The notes under the pieces were generated by a model. It worked only from the letters and a program-made list of their open reading frames with translations, did not search any database and was not told where the DNA came from. A DNA stretch of 64,000 nucleotides, from the NCBI GenBank assembly GCA_947053645.1, contig CAMRTM010000001.1:9430-73429 (forward strand), in the 5' to 3' direction. The stretch comes from an uncultured Bacillota bacterium. GTDB taxonomy: Bacteria > Bacillota > Clostridia > Christensenellales > UBA1242. A program made the translations under genes and the position numbers. Below, one piece after another: positions 48,030 to 58,045 of the stretch (the stretch's first letter is position 1; the number at the start of each line of letters is the position of its first letter).

Positions 48030-49565
48030 TTATTTTACTTTACTTAGTTCAAGCAGTACCTGTGCGGTAGCATATGCGTCATTATACGCCCTATGAGCGT
48101 CAGTTAAGGTAAGTCCAAGTGCATTTACAAGAGTTCCAAGTTTATAGTTTGGCACTCTTAATGACGATTGTCTTGCAATAATCAGAGTATCAATCACAGT
48201 ATTATCAAACTTTAAGCCACATTTTGCTCCCGCTTTTTTAACAAAGTTCATATCAAAGCCTATTACATTATGACCGCTTAAAATACATCCCCTTGTATAA
48301 TCGTAGAAATCTGCAATTACATCTTCAACTCTTGGTGCATGCGCTACCATTTCATTTGTTATACCAGTAAGTCGAGTTACCTCTTCAGGTATCTCTTCCT
48401 TAGGTTTTACAAAACTTGCAAACCTCTCTTTTATCTGTCCGTTTACAATTTTTACTGCTCCTATTTCGGTTATTTCGCAGTTTTCTGGATTTAAGCCTGT
48501 GGTTTCAAGGTCGAATACAACAATCGTATTTGATAATATAAAATCGTTATATTTTGGCTTATCTTCAAACAAGTTTGCTTGGGCTGGCATTGGTATTGGC
48601 TCAGGAAAAACTACCTGATTATGTTTATATGTACTTTGAACTTGTGTATCTATTTGCACTTTTGGTGCTGGACTGGCATAGGAAAGTTTTCGTATTTTAT
48701 AATTTAATCCTCCGCCTAAACCTTTTATAACATCGCCGAGTCCTAGTACCATCATTCCATCTGCAAGCGCCTCCATTTTTTTGAGGTTGCTTTTTGGACA
48801 AAAATAGATGCATTCTATCTTTTTGTCATCTTCTAGTATGAATGATATTAAAGATCCTTCCTCCCCTTTGCGTTTTCCGCTTTTACGAGTAAAGGTCTTT
48901 TTAACATAATTTGAAATTGTTCCTGCAAGTATGACGGAATTTTTTGGTTTTGTAATAAACTCGATATATTCTGGTTTTGGTGGTATATCATTCCCTATTA
49001 TCTTTTTGATTACACGCACATCATAGCGTTTGGTACCTGTTGCTTGTGGGACAAAGACATCTTCATAGTCTATTTCAGTTGGAAGAGTGTCTTCACTTTC
49101 AAGAAAGTTTATTTTGAAATTGGCAATAAAGCGTTTTGCAAGATAGTCGTGTAATTTATTCGTAAGTAGTCTTGTATCAAGTAGTGATAATACATCTTGA
49201 TTTAAACTTATATCAAGAGTTTGATTAAAACCATCACTTGAAATGACGATATTCTCTTCTAATATATATTGGGCTATTCCCTTATGTTCTGATTCGAAAA
49301 AGTTTTTTATCTCTTTATTTATTAGTGCACTATCTAAAAAACTTTTCTTGAGTTTTAATCTGACCTTTGCTTCCAAAGATAAAAACTCTCTGATGAAGGC
49401 GGTTAGAGTTTCTCGACTTTCTTTATCAAGTTCCTCCTCATTATACGGATAAAGGAAGGTTATGTTGCAGACATTGAGTCCTCTATCATACACCACATCA
49501 AAGAGTTTTAAGTTTGCATATTTTTCTCCAAACTGTGTGTTTAGAGCGTTCATTAGTTTTTCCAT
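48030..49565 (-). CDS. PolC-like N-terminal/OB domains fused to a DEDDh 3'-5' exonuclease; no PHP or polymerase domains
   Basis: 511 aa. ExoI VVFDLETTGL, ExoII GHNVIGFDMNFV, ExoIII HRAYNDAYATAQV at the C-terminus, and the protein ends 12 aa later. The upstream region resembles PolC N-terminal and OB segments. Sits at the polC position (rseP ... rimP). Confidence 0.7.
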   Translation of the reverse strand: MEKLMNALNTQFGEKYANLKLFDVVYDRGLNVCNITFLYPYNEEELDKESRETLTAFIREFLSLEAKVRLKLKKSFLDSALINKEIKNFFESEHKGIAQYILEENIVISSDGFNQTLDISLNQDVLSLLDTRLLTNKLHDYLAKRFIANFKINFLESEDTLPTEIDYEDVFVPQATGTKRYDVRVIKKIIGNDIPPKPEYIEFITKPKNSVILAGTISNYVKKTFTRKSGKRKGEEGSLISFILEDDKKIECIYFCPKSNLKKMEALADGMMVLGLGDVIKGLGGGLNYKIRKLSYASPAPKVQIDTQVQSTYKHNQVVFPEPIPMPAQANLFEDKPKYNDFILSNTIVVFDLETTGLNPENCEITEIGAVKIVNGQIKERFASFVKPKEEIPEEVTRLTGITNEMVAHAPRVEDVIADFYDYTRGCILSGHNVIGFDMNFVKKAGAKCGLKFDNTVIDTLIIARQSSLRVPNYKLGTLVNALGLTLTDAHRAYNDAYATAQVLLELSKVK

Positions 49566-49574
49566 AGTGTTAGT

Positions 49575-50834
49575 TTACAACACAAAGTGCAGGATGTCAA
49601 TTAAAATTACAAGTCCGAACAAGACCATTAATCCTATTGAATGAATCATATTCTCCACTTCCCGTTTGATAGGCTTTCCTCGTATCCATTCGATTAGTGT
49701 GAATATAACATGAGCCCCGTCCAGTGCTGGAATTGGCAGTATATTAAATACCGCTAGGTTTGCCGAGAATAATGGTATGAGTACAAGCAGATTTGCCATG
49801 CTTTGTTGGGTAACTGATGCGATTGTTGCAATGGTTGTGATTGGTCCACCGATATCTTTAATAGGTATCTGGAATGTTATCAGCATCCACAGACTCTTCA
49901 GTACCACCCATGCAAGCCCAAATGCAAATGGCACACATCTTGCAAGTGCCTCTACGAAAGTATGGCGATATGGCTCATAGTGTAGATAATTTAGCGTCAT
50001 ATTCCCCGCTTCATCTGTGGTTACATATCCACCGAGAGAATATGCTGTCTTCGTCTTTTGAATTTTATTTCCGCTTTCATCAACTTTATCATTGCCATTC
50101 TTATCTGTTTCATAGACTGGTTTATTATCTTTGTCAAATAACAAATATGTGACCTTAACAAAATATAGTTCACTTTCCATCATTTGTCCATCCCTTCGGA
50201 TTTGCATTTTTATCGCTGGATAGTCTTTAAAAGTCTTATCTTTATTTTCCTCTGCTTTGAGCCACGCCTCCATTTTTTCAACCTCTCTATCAACTAGGTC
50301 AGGGAAGGTGTAACTATAGGCAAAATCTATTTTAGTACCCTCTACATAAAATATGACATCGCCCTCCTTTAAAGTATTGACTTCTGGATCGTAAAGCGCG
50401 CTATGTTCATATTCAACAACATTGCCTAAGGTGGTTACATTATTGTACTGAGGAATATCGTAACCTACACTTACAAGCAAGATGAATGAAAAAATTATTG
50501 CTGTAAGAAAATTGAAGGTTACACCAGCAAGAAAAACTATAATTCTTTTCCATGGTTTTTGATTGGTAAATGCCTCTTTCCCTTCTAATTTATTACCATC
50601 TTTATCTGTGCCATCTTCCCCTGCAAATGCACAGTATCCGCCAAGTGGAAAAATGCGAAGTGAAATTTTCTCTCCTCTTTTATTGGTACGAGAAAAGATG
50701 GCTTTACCAAAGCCTATTGAAAATTCTTCAATTTTAAATTTTAATATTCTACCTGCTATATAATGGCCTAGTTCATGCACTAGCACCATAAATAAAAGTA
50801 CTACAACTGCAAGCAATACATATAAAACTATCAT
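49575..50834 (-). CDS. rseP: RIP metalloprotease RseP (site-2 protease)
   Basis: 419 aa. HELGHY and NILPIPALDG motifs. Confidence 0.93.
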   Translation of the reverse strand: MIVLYVLLAVVVLLFMVLVHELGHYIAGRILKFKIEEFSIGFGKAIFSRTNKRGEKISLRIFPLGGYCAFAGEDGTDKDGNKLEGKEAFTNQKPWKRIIVFLAGVTFNFLTAIIFSFILLVSVGYDIPQYNNVTTLGNVVEYEHSALYDPEVNTLKEGDVIFYVEGTKIDFAYSYTFPDLVDREVEKMEAWLKAEENKDKTFKDYPAIKMQIRRDGQMMESELYFVKVTYLLFDKDNKPVYETDKNGNDKVDESGNKIQKTKTAYSLGGYVTTDEAGNMTLNYLHYEPYRHTFVEALARCVPFAFGLAWVVLKSLWMLITFQIPIKDIGGPITTIATIASVTQQSMANLLVLIPLFSANLAVFNILPIPALDGAHVIFTLIEWIRGKPIKREVENMIHSIGLMVLFGLVILIDILHFVL

Positions 50835-50843
50835 TTACCCTCG

Positions 50844-51815
50844 CTAAATTACAGCAAGCATTATTACAAAGAAAATAAGTAAAAATGCTGGTAGTAAAAT
50901 ATATGAATCAAATCTATCTAAAATACCACCATGTCCTGCAAGAAGTTTTCCGCTATCTTTTACTCCTGCTTTGCGTTTAAGGAAGGATTCAAACAAATCC
51001 CCCATTTGGCAGAGGACTGAGCCTATAACAGAAATTATTACAATATGCCAGATTTTTAAACCTGCGTTTGCAAACGCGGTGTTAATTGGACCAATGGCAT
51101 TTAATATGAGAAAGGTACAAATTGAAAGTAGCACGCACCATACTATACCACCGACCGAGCCAGAAATTGTTTTATTTGGGCTGACTTTTGGCATTAATTT
51201 TTTGCCACCAATTAGTGACCCTGTAAGATAAGCAAAAGTATCTGTAAATACTGGTATTAGAATTGTAAATAAAAGTGCGGTGAGTGAAAGATATCCCCCA
51301 AATTTCCCTACACTTGGTAAAGTAGATGAAAGAGAGTCTATATGGTTAAGTACTGTCATAAGTGACAACAAAAATGCTGGATATATGAAGGCCACTGCTG
51401 TGTTAAATGCCTTATTGAAAGCATATTTTGTGGTTGTCATAGACCTATCCATTTTTCTGATTTTCATTTCATTGAAAAGTTTTCTTCGACTGAGCACGCC
51501 TATTAAGAATATAATTCCAAAAGTTATTATCATAATTGCCACATCTATTACAAGTGTAAAAGAAAGGCCTATTGTGCTGTCGAAAGCAAGTCCAAGTAAA
51601 TTTGATAGCATTAGCAGTGCTGGAAATGCAGCAGCAAGATAGGTGTAATTATATTTGCCCATCTTCGTAAATAGTTTTGCTGTTTCGTATGCTGCCATAA
51701 CACTGACAAAAAGTATTGCTGCGTCAAAGAAATAACTTGACACTAGTATCTTTAATACAAATGCCAACACTATGACAATTCCTATCTCTATTGAAGTTAA
51801 AATTCTCTTTTTCAT
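50844..51815 (-). CDS. cdsA: Phosphatidate cytidylyltransferase
   Basis: 323 aa. Signature SFLKRKAGVKDSGKLLAGHGGILDRFDS. Confidence 0.93.
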   Translation of the reverse strand: MKKRILTSIEIGIVIVLAFVLKILVSSYFFDAAILFVSVMAAYETAKLFTKMGKYNYTYLAAAFPALLMLSNLLGLAFDSTIGLSFTLVIDVAIMIITFGIIFLIGVLSRRKLFNEMKIRKMDRSMTTTKYAFNKAFNTAVAFIYPAFLLSLMTVLNHIDSLSSTLPSVGKFGGYLSLTALLFTILIPVFTDTFAYLTGSLIGGKKLMPKVSPNKTISGSVGGIVWCVLLSICTFLILNAIGPINTAFANAGLKIWHIVIISVIGSVLCQMGDLFESFLKRKAGVKDSGKLLAGHGGILDRFDSYILLPAFLLIFFVIMLAVI

Positions 51816-52513
51816 TTAATGCCTCCATATCTACGATTTCGCTTTGAATATACTTTAAGTGCTTTTCGCAGATGTCTTTCGTTAAAGTTTGGCCAAAGTA
51901 CCTTAGGAAAATACAATTCACTGTATGCCATTTGATACAACATGAAATTTGATATACGCTCCTCTCCACTCGTCCTTATGACGAAGTCTGGCTCGGGAAG
52001 TTCACCCGTATACAAATTTTCAAGTATATCCTGTTCAGTAACTTTTGTGGCGCCTTTATCAATTAAATTATTTACCGCCCTTACTATATCTGCCCTTCCA
52101 CCATAGTTTAGAGCAAGATTAACTATAAGTTTATCATTGTTTTTAGTGTCTTCTTTGGTCTTATCAAGTTCTTTCTTTAAGTCTTCTGGAAAAGGCGATA
52201 GTTCTCCTATTGTAGTTATCCTCACCCCTCTTTCTTTGAAATTATTACGCTTAGAATGAAGAAAATCACGGGTTAAATTGAATATTCCATTTACTTCTTC
52301 CTCACTGCGTTTCCAATTTTCGGTGGAAAAAGCAAAGAAGGACACTACCTTTACCCCAAACTTTATAAGTGCGTTTATGGTACGGTCTACTGCGTTTATT
52401 CCTTCCTTATGTCCCATATTTCTGGAAAGCCCTTGCAAAGTAGCCCACCTGCCATTTCCATCCATTATTATTCCAATATGTTTAGGTATATTTTTAATTT
52501 TATTTTTGAACAT
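51812..52513 (-). CDS. uppS: Isoprenyl transferase (undecaprenyl diphosphate synthase)
   Basis: 233 aa. GIIMDGNGRWA and the ELYF..LWP motif. Confidence 0.95.
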   Translation of the reverse strand: MFKNKIKNIPKHIGIIMDGNGRWATLQGLSRNMGHKEGINAVDRTINALIKFGVKVVSFFAFSTENWKRSEEEVNGIFNLTRDFLHSKRNNFKERGVRITTIGELSPFPEDLKKELDKTKEDTKNNDKLIVNLALNYGGRADIVRAVNNLIDKGATKVTEQDILENLYTGELPEPDFVIRTSGEERISNFMLYQMAYSELYFPKVLWPNFNERHLRKALKVYSKRNRRYGGIK

Positions 52514-52552
52514 GAGAAAATCCTTTTGAAGAAATTAGCCCGAAAACATGTC

Positions 52553-53119
52553 TTAAACTTCCATGATTTCCTTTTCTTTTGCCCTGCACGCGTCTTCTAC
52601 TTTCTCATTATATTTATCAATGAGTTTTTGTACTTCTTTCTCCGCTGATGCTTGCTGGTCTTCTGATATGCTTCCTTCCTTTTCAAGGTCTTTTAGCATT
52701 TCCATAGCATCTCGGCGTGCCCCTCTTATGGCTACCTTTGTGTCTTCACTTATTTTTTTGACAGTCTTAACGATATCTCGTCTTCTTTCCTCAGTAAGCA
52801 TTGGAAATACAAGGCGAATTACTTTACCATCATCATTTGGAGTAATTCCAAGGTCTGCCGCTGCGATTGCTTTTATAACATTTTTAACCTGTGTTTGATC
52901 CCACACTTGTACGCATAGCATTCTTGCTTCTGGCACCGTGATACTTGCCATCTGATTGAGTGGAGTTGGCTGGCCATAGTAGTCAATATACACCTTATCT
53001 AGTACATGTGGGTTTGCTCTGCCTGCCCTTATCACTAAGTATTCATTTATTTGATGTTGGCATGCCTTTTCTAGTTCCTCTTGGCAAGAGAGTAGTATCT
53101 CGTCAATTTCATTTTCCAT
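52553..53119 (-). CDS. frr: Ribosome recycling factor
   Basis: 188 aa. Typical Frr sequence throughout. Confidence 0.96.
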   Translation of the reverse strand: MENEIDEILLSCQEELEKACQHQINEYLVIRAGRANPHVLDKVYIDYYGQPTPLNQMASITVPEARMLCVQVWDQTQVKNVIKAIAAADLGITPNDDGKVIRLVFPMLTEERRRDIVKTVKKISEDTKVAIRGARRDAMEMLKDLEKEGSISEDQQASAEKEVQKLIDKYNEKVEDACRAKEKEIMEV

Positions 53120-53267
53120 TTGTTTTTCTCCTTGGAATAAATTTTACATTAATTCATGGATTTTTGCAAATGATTTTTAGGCTTTATATAAGAATTATGC
53201 CTGCCCTATCTTTTTATATAACCTTTTTGATATTTTTAGACAAAAAAGTGACCTAAAGGGTCACTTT

Positions 53268-56189
53268 TTATACGCTTTCTTCTTCACTAACAGAATATAC
53301 AATTTGGAGATAGAAATCAATAAATTTTTCTACTTCTTCCTTATTTGAGAATAATAGGCTGGATGGAGATTTATAACCGAGTTCTTTTGATTTTTTTGTT
53401 TGGAATACGGGTGTTAAATTTCCTGCTACTTTATCTGTGTGCGCTTTTAGATTGTTATAAACATCTCCAAATTTATTAATAAGGTATTTATCTACCCCTG
53501 CTCTTACGCATGCATCTTCAATAATGGCCGCTATCATTGTGTCATCTTCTAGTGATGAATTTTTACCAAATTCTAAATGCTTTGTTTCAACTTCAACTTC
53601 AAAATCACCAAGTAAATTTGTCATTTTCTTTTTACTTGAATGTATATCGTTTTTAAGATTCTTATATGTGTCGACTTGTACAAGTCCGCGTTTTTGAAGA
53701 AGATCAAAAATTGCTTTCATAAGTGGTAAAATGTAAATATAAAGTGCAAAACCTGTATATGTTGTGACATCAGGAATATGATTGATTTCATTTCGTATTT
53801 CTTTGAGAAGGGCTTTCTGCTCTTTTGGAATAATGTCATCGAGCAAAACATCAATATTTTCAACAACATTATTTTGTAATAAAAATTCTAGTTTATCTAT
53901 TGGTTTTTCTACAGTTTTTATCTGTTCTTCTTCATTTTCAGTTGTACTATTTGCTACTCTAATTTTTAAGTTCTCTTTTTCTGCTTGGCTTAGATCCTTT
54001 GTTGCCTCTTCAAATTTTTTCTCTACATCAGCAATAGAATAAAATGCTACTGCCTCTTTATTAACCGCTTGTACATATTCATCATAGTTATTAATAAGTT
54101 CATTTGATTGTATAATCGCTGGATAACTTGTGGAAACAAGAGGATTGAAGATACGCAATTCTCTTTTATTACCACTATTTATAAGTAAGGAGGAAGCCTT
54201 TTTTAACAAATCATGCTGATTATCAGACACCTCTATTAGATCTGTAATTCCAATTAAAATATTTTCAAGATTTGTCTTATTATCAAACTCTACTGCATTA
54301 AGATTTTGTAACCATGTTGGAGAAGTTTTTCCAGTATCCTTTTCGTAGATTAATGTGATTATTTTATCGCGAAGTTTTCTTATTGTATTGTAAACATCAT
54401 CCATAGGTTTATCATATGCTAAATATGCCTTAAATGAAGTTGTGATATTCTTTAGTGAAGGTGCCTTATAATAATATCCATTTTTGATAAAACCATCAAT
54501 TAGTGGTAGAAAATATGCATTGAAAGCTTTGTCTAGCGACATCTCCTCTACTTTTGGGAATTTTAGACTCTTTCTTCTTAACTCTTGCTTTTCTTCAAGA
54601 GTAAGTTCCTGTTTTTGTGGTTGTTCAGGCATTACCACTAAAGTCTTTGATGTGTTTTTTGCCTTTGAACCAGATTTTACTTTTTGTGCTTTCTTATTCT
54701 CTCTTCTCATTTCGCGAAGGGCTTTGAGATTTTCCTCTTCCTGTCTTCTTCTCTCATCTTCAAGGCGAGCCTCTTCTTTTCTTCTATTCTCTTCTAGTTC
54801 TTTGATTTTGGCAAGGTTTTTAACAGTAAGTCCAAAACTCGTTTTATTCAGTCTATTTTTAAGTTTTGCATACTCTTCATCGGTGAGTGAAATATCAGGA
54901 AGTTTTTTAACTGTAATTTCTTTCTTTTTGCTTCGTTCAAAACTATGTTCATTATCGTTTGGAGTTTCAGTGCCTCTTTGCTCTTGCTGTGCTTTGGCAA
55001 GGAATGGATATGGATTGCGAACAAAGTAATCGCGAAGTGGGAGTTTGCTTGTCCTCTCCTCTTTGACAAGTGTGGCAAGCATAAATTCAAGCATACTTGG
55101 ATCAGAGGATATTACAGACATATTTTGCATACATGTTACTGTATTATCAATCCCTAAGTAATGTTCCAAAACCTCACTTATAATACTAAGATTTTCAACA
55201 TTAACCTTTTCTATCTGCGTCAAGTGATTTATATCTAATGTAAATTTATCACTAAGTGCCACTGCAAAACTATGAGGATTTTTCTCCGTTTTTGTTCTTT
55301 CAGCATACGGCTTTTTGGTTATCAATTTTTCAATTTCTTCTGTTAAATATTTGTTGACTGTTGTGACATTGTTGGACTTTACTAAAAGTAAAGAAGGAGA
55401 TGCTTTTATTCGCATTAGTAGTTTACTATCCATCTCATAGCCGTTGCATAGTTTTAACATATCTATTGCGTCTTCTATATCTTTAGGTTTTGCAAGCAAT
55501 ATACTTGGAACACTTTTTATTATCTCGCGAGGTTCATACACAAAAGAATTTGTCTTTTTATCATACAAAATATCATTAAGTACATTCAAAATCTCTTGTA
55601 TTGATTGTGAATTTAAGTTGTATGCAACTGATGCACATTTTTCAAGTATATCTTTTGTTTCCTCTTGTGAAAATAATTCGCGAGGTTGTCCCTTAGGAGC
55701 ATAATATTTTTCAAGCATTAATGCTTCAAGTGAGGTTTGGAATTTTGCCAAATTTGCTCCTTGTATATTTGTTTTGATTGCAAGTTTGAATGGGTCTATT
55801 TTAAGTGCCTTTGCCTCACGAAGTACATCAATAAATTCATCCTTGACAGCATTATTTTCTTTTGCAAATATTTCAATTGTATTATCAACTACTCCTCTTG
55901 CATAATCGCGTCTTTCCTCTCTATTTAATCCACTTATATCATTTTTAACAAATGCTTCATAGATGTCTTGCAAAGTTGCTACAAGTTTTTCATCGGTTTT
56001 TTCACATATATTCTCTATGTACAATTCAATCTCGTCTTCATCAAAGCAAAAATGAGTTGAAAAAATCTTTCTTATTTCTTCAGCTGCCTTCTTAAATTTT
56101 TCATTAGTAAAAAGAAGGTCCTTTACCGCGTTTTTCTCCTCTTCTGTCAAATTCTTTATTGATGTTAAAGTTCTTTTCACTCTTGCCAT
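53268..56189 (-). CDS. Large hypothetical protein (973 aa), helical with a central charged coiled coil
   Basis: Uninterrupted ORF with SD (ggaggaaaaATG), its own consensus promoter and its own terminator. Central EENRRKEEARLEDERRRQEEENLKALREMRRENKK. The N-terminal half contains repeated h-P-S-h-L-L segments (SVPSILLAKPKDI, ASPSLLLVKSNNV, SSDPSMLEFML). Confidence 0.7.
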   Translation of the reverse strand: MARVKRTLTSIKNLTEEEKNAVKDLLFTNEKFKKAAEEIRKIFSTHFCFDEDEIELYIENICEKTDEKLVATLQDIYEAFVKNDISGLNREERRDYARGVVDNTIEIFAKENNAVKDEFIDVLREAKALKIDPFKLAIKTNIQGANLAKFQTSLEALMLEKYYAPKGQPRELFSQEETKDILEKCASVAYNLNSQSIQEILNVLNDILYDKKTNSFVYEPREIIKSVPSILLAKPKDIEDAIDMLKLCNGYEMDSKLLMRIKASPSLLLVKSNNVTTVNKYLTEEIEKLITKKPYAERTKTEKNPHSFAVALSDKFTLDINHLTQIEKVNVENLSIISEVLEHYLGIDNTVTCMQNMSVISSDPSMLEFMLATLVKEERTSKLPLRDYFVRNPYPFLAKAQQEQRGTETPNDNEHSFERSKKKEITVKKLPDISLTDEEYAKLKNRLNKTSFGLTVKNLAKIKELEENRRKEEARLEDERRRQEEENLKALREMRRENKKAQKVKSGSKAKNTSKTLVVMPEQPQKQELTLEEKQELRRKSLKFPKVEEMSLDKAFNAYFLPLIDGFIKNGYYYKAPSLKNITTSFKAYLAYDKPMDDVYNTIRKLRDKIITLIYEKDTGKTSPTWLQNLNAVEFDNKTNLENILIGITDLIEVSDNQHDLLKKASSLLINSGNKRELRIFNPLVSTSYPAIIQSNELINNYDEYVQAVNKEAVAFYSIADVEKKFEEATKDLSQAEKENLKIRVANSTTENEEEQIKTVEKPIDKLEFLLQNNVVENIDVLLDDIIPKEQKALLKEIRNEINHIPDVTTYTGFALYIYILPLMKAIFDLLQKRGLVQVDTYKNLKNDIHSSKKKMTNLLGDFEVEVETKHLEFGKNSSLEDDTMIAAIIEDACVRAGVDKYLINKFGDVYNNLKAHTDKVAGNLTPVFQTKKSKELGYKSPSSLLFSNKEEVEKFIDFYLQIVYSVSEEESV

Positions 56190-56212
56190 TTTTCCTCCAG
56201 TATTATGTATAT

Positions 56213-56241
56213 ATTATACTTTACAAATTACCTATTGTCAA
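56213..56241 (-). promoter_or_regulatory. Perfect consensus sigma-A promoter TTGACA-17-TATAAT for the 973-aa ORF
   Basis: The minus strand reads agtaTTGACAataggtaatttgtaaagTATAATatatac. Preceded by the tsf terminator gcggc-cat-gccgc (about 56243-56270). Confidence 0.8.
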
Positions 56242-56274
56242 TACTAAAAAAAGCGGCCATGCCGCTTTTTTAAA

Positions 56275-56931
56275 TTAATTTTTTCCGTTCATCTGTTTTG
56301 CAACTTCCTCAGCTAGGTCATCATGTCTTTTTTCAAGACCTTCACCTAACTCCCATCTTACGAAACGGCGAATTGAAATTTTTTCGCCAGTTTTAAGAGT
56401 CATTTCATTAATGTACTGAGTGATTGTCATACTAGAATCTTTGACATATGTTTGATCCATAAGGCAAACTTCTTGGTAATATTTATTTACCCTTCCCTCT
56501 ACCATTTTGTCTACGATTTGGGCTGGTTTACCTTCATTGATTGCTTGAGCACGAAGTACCTCTTTTTCAGCGTTTAGCGCCTCAGTTGGAACCTCTTCGC
56601 GTCTTACATACTTTGGATTTGCTGCTGCAATTTGCATTGTAATGTTTTTACCAATTTCTTGGAAAAGATCAGTCTTTGCTACGAAATCTGTTTCACAGTT
56701 GATTTCGCACAAAACTCCTATTCTTCCACCCATATGAAGATATGAGAAGATTGCACCTTCAGCGGCAATTCTGCTTTGTTTCTTTGCTGCTGCGGCTATT
56801 CCTTTTTCTCTAAGCCATAGTGCTGCTTTTTCAAAGTCGCCATCACATTCGGTGAGTGCCTTTTTGCAGTCCATCATTCCTGCATTTGTTCTAGCACGAA
56901 GTTCGGCAACATCTTTTGCTGTAAATGCCAT
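56275..56931 (-). CDS. tsf: Elongation factor Ts (short form)
   Basis: 218 aa. N-terminal UBA-like [23 protein letters not shown]. Confidence 0.96.
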   Translation of the reverse strand: MAFTAKDVAELRARTNAGMMDCKKALTECDGDFEKAALWLREKGIAAAAKKQSRIAAEGAIFSYLHMGGRIGVLCEINCETDFVAKTDLFQEIGKNITMQIAAANPKYVRREEVPTEALNAEKEVLRAQAINEGKPAQIVDKMVEGRVNKYYQEVCLMDQTYVKDSSMTITQYINEMTLKTGEKISIRRFVRWELGEGLEKRHDDLAEEVAKQMNGKN

Positions 56932-56933
56932 AT

Positions 56934-57812
56934 TTATTCTCCTTTATCAGCGGCTTCCGCTTTCTCTTCTTTTACTTCTTTTTTCTTTGGAGCAGGTTTC
57001 TTTCTTGCTGGTTTTTTATTTCGGTTTTCCTCTCCTGCCTCTGCCATTTCAATGTTTGGCTTCATCTCTGTGAGTGCTTTTTCAAGGTCGATAGCCTCTT
57101 CTTCGGCTGATTCTTCCTTCTTCATTGATACGCCCTCTCTTGCCTCGATAACTGCGTCTGCAAGCGCCCCTGCAATGAGTTTTACAGAACGAAGAGCATC
57201 GTCATTTCCTGGAATCACATAGTCAATTCCGTCTGGATTACCGTTTGTGTCTACAAGCCCTACCATTGGTATTCCAAGATTTACACATTCTTTCACGCAG
57301 ATATGTTCCATAGTTGGATCAACTACGAATACAACGCCTGGAAGTTCACGCATCTCCTTGATACCACCAAGGTTCTTCTCGAGTTTATCTCTCTCTGCCT
57401 TGAGTAGTGTAACCTCTTTCTTTGGAAGAAGATCAAATTCCCCTACCTTTTCCATTTGATTGAGTTTGTTAAGTCTTTCGATTCTTGTCTTGATTGTCTT
57501 AAAGTTTGTAAGACATCCTCCAAGCCATCGAGTGTTCACATAGTACATTCCGCATCTCTCTGCTTCCTCTTTGATTGCTTCCTGTGCTTGTTTCTTTGTG
57601 CCTACGAAAAGCACACTTTTTCCGCTTGCAACAACATCTCTTACAAACATGTAAGCCTTGTCTACAAGTACAGATGTGTCTTCTAGATTGATGATATGAA
57701 TATCATTTCTTGCAGTAAAAATGTATTTTTTCATCTTTGGGTTCCATTTCCTTGTTTGGTGACCAAAATGAACGCCGGCTTCTAGAAGTTGTTTCATTGA
57801 AATTACTGACAT
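56934..57812 (-). CDS. rpsB: 30S ribosomal protein S2 with a K/E-rich C-terminal extension
   Basis: [27 protein letters not shown] after SD AAAGGAGG. The ORF-track start at 57887 adds 25 non-conserved residues and has no SD. The last 55 aa or so are an E/K/A/P-rich tail. Confidence 0.93.
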   Translation of the reverse strand: MSVISMKQLLEAGVHFGHQTRKWNPKMKKYIFTARNDIHIINLEDTSVLVDKAYMFVRDVVASGKSVLFVGTKKQAQEAIKEEAERCGMYYVNTRWLGGCLTNFKTIKTRIERLNKLNQMEKVGEFDLLPKKEVTLLKAERDKLEKNLGGIKEMRELPGVVFVVDPTMEHICVKECVNLGIPMVGLVDTNGNPDGIDYVIPGNDDALRSVKLIAGALADAVIEAREGVSMKKEESAEEEAIDLEKALTEMKPNIEMAEAGEENRNKKPARKKPAPKKKEVKEEKAEAADKGE

Positions 57813-57873
57813 TATTTTTTCCTCCTTTTTGTTTTTGTCCTTCCCCATAGTTTTAACTCTTAAAGCCACCCCA

Positions 57874-57892
57874 AGTGCCTCAGGCACTTTTT
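57874..57892 (+). repeat. Solo copy of the tail hairpin module AGTGCC-TCA-GGCACT-TTTT
   Basis: Same stem as 32266-32285. Terminator polarity is on the + strand although the flanking genes are on the - strand. Confidence 0.75.
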
Positions 57893-58045
57893 AGACATTA
57901 ATGAATTTTGTTTGAATATCAATGTCCGTCTTAGGCAACAACTTTAAAATCTTCTATGAGTGCAAATTGTCCAATGACAAGTGTAACTATATCATATCAT
58001 GATTAAAAAAGCAAGTAATTTGTCAATAAGTTTTTTATTTTTAAT

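Noticed and set aside
57813-57887. N-terminal 25-aa extension of rpsB in the ORF track
   Set aside because: The conserved S2 N-terminus begins at the ATG at 57812, which has a perfect SD. The extension is not conserved-looking and lacks an SD.
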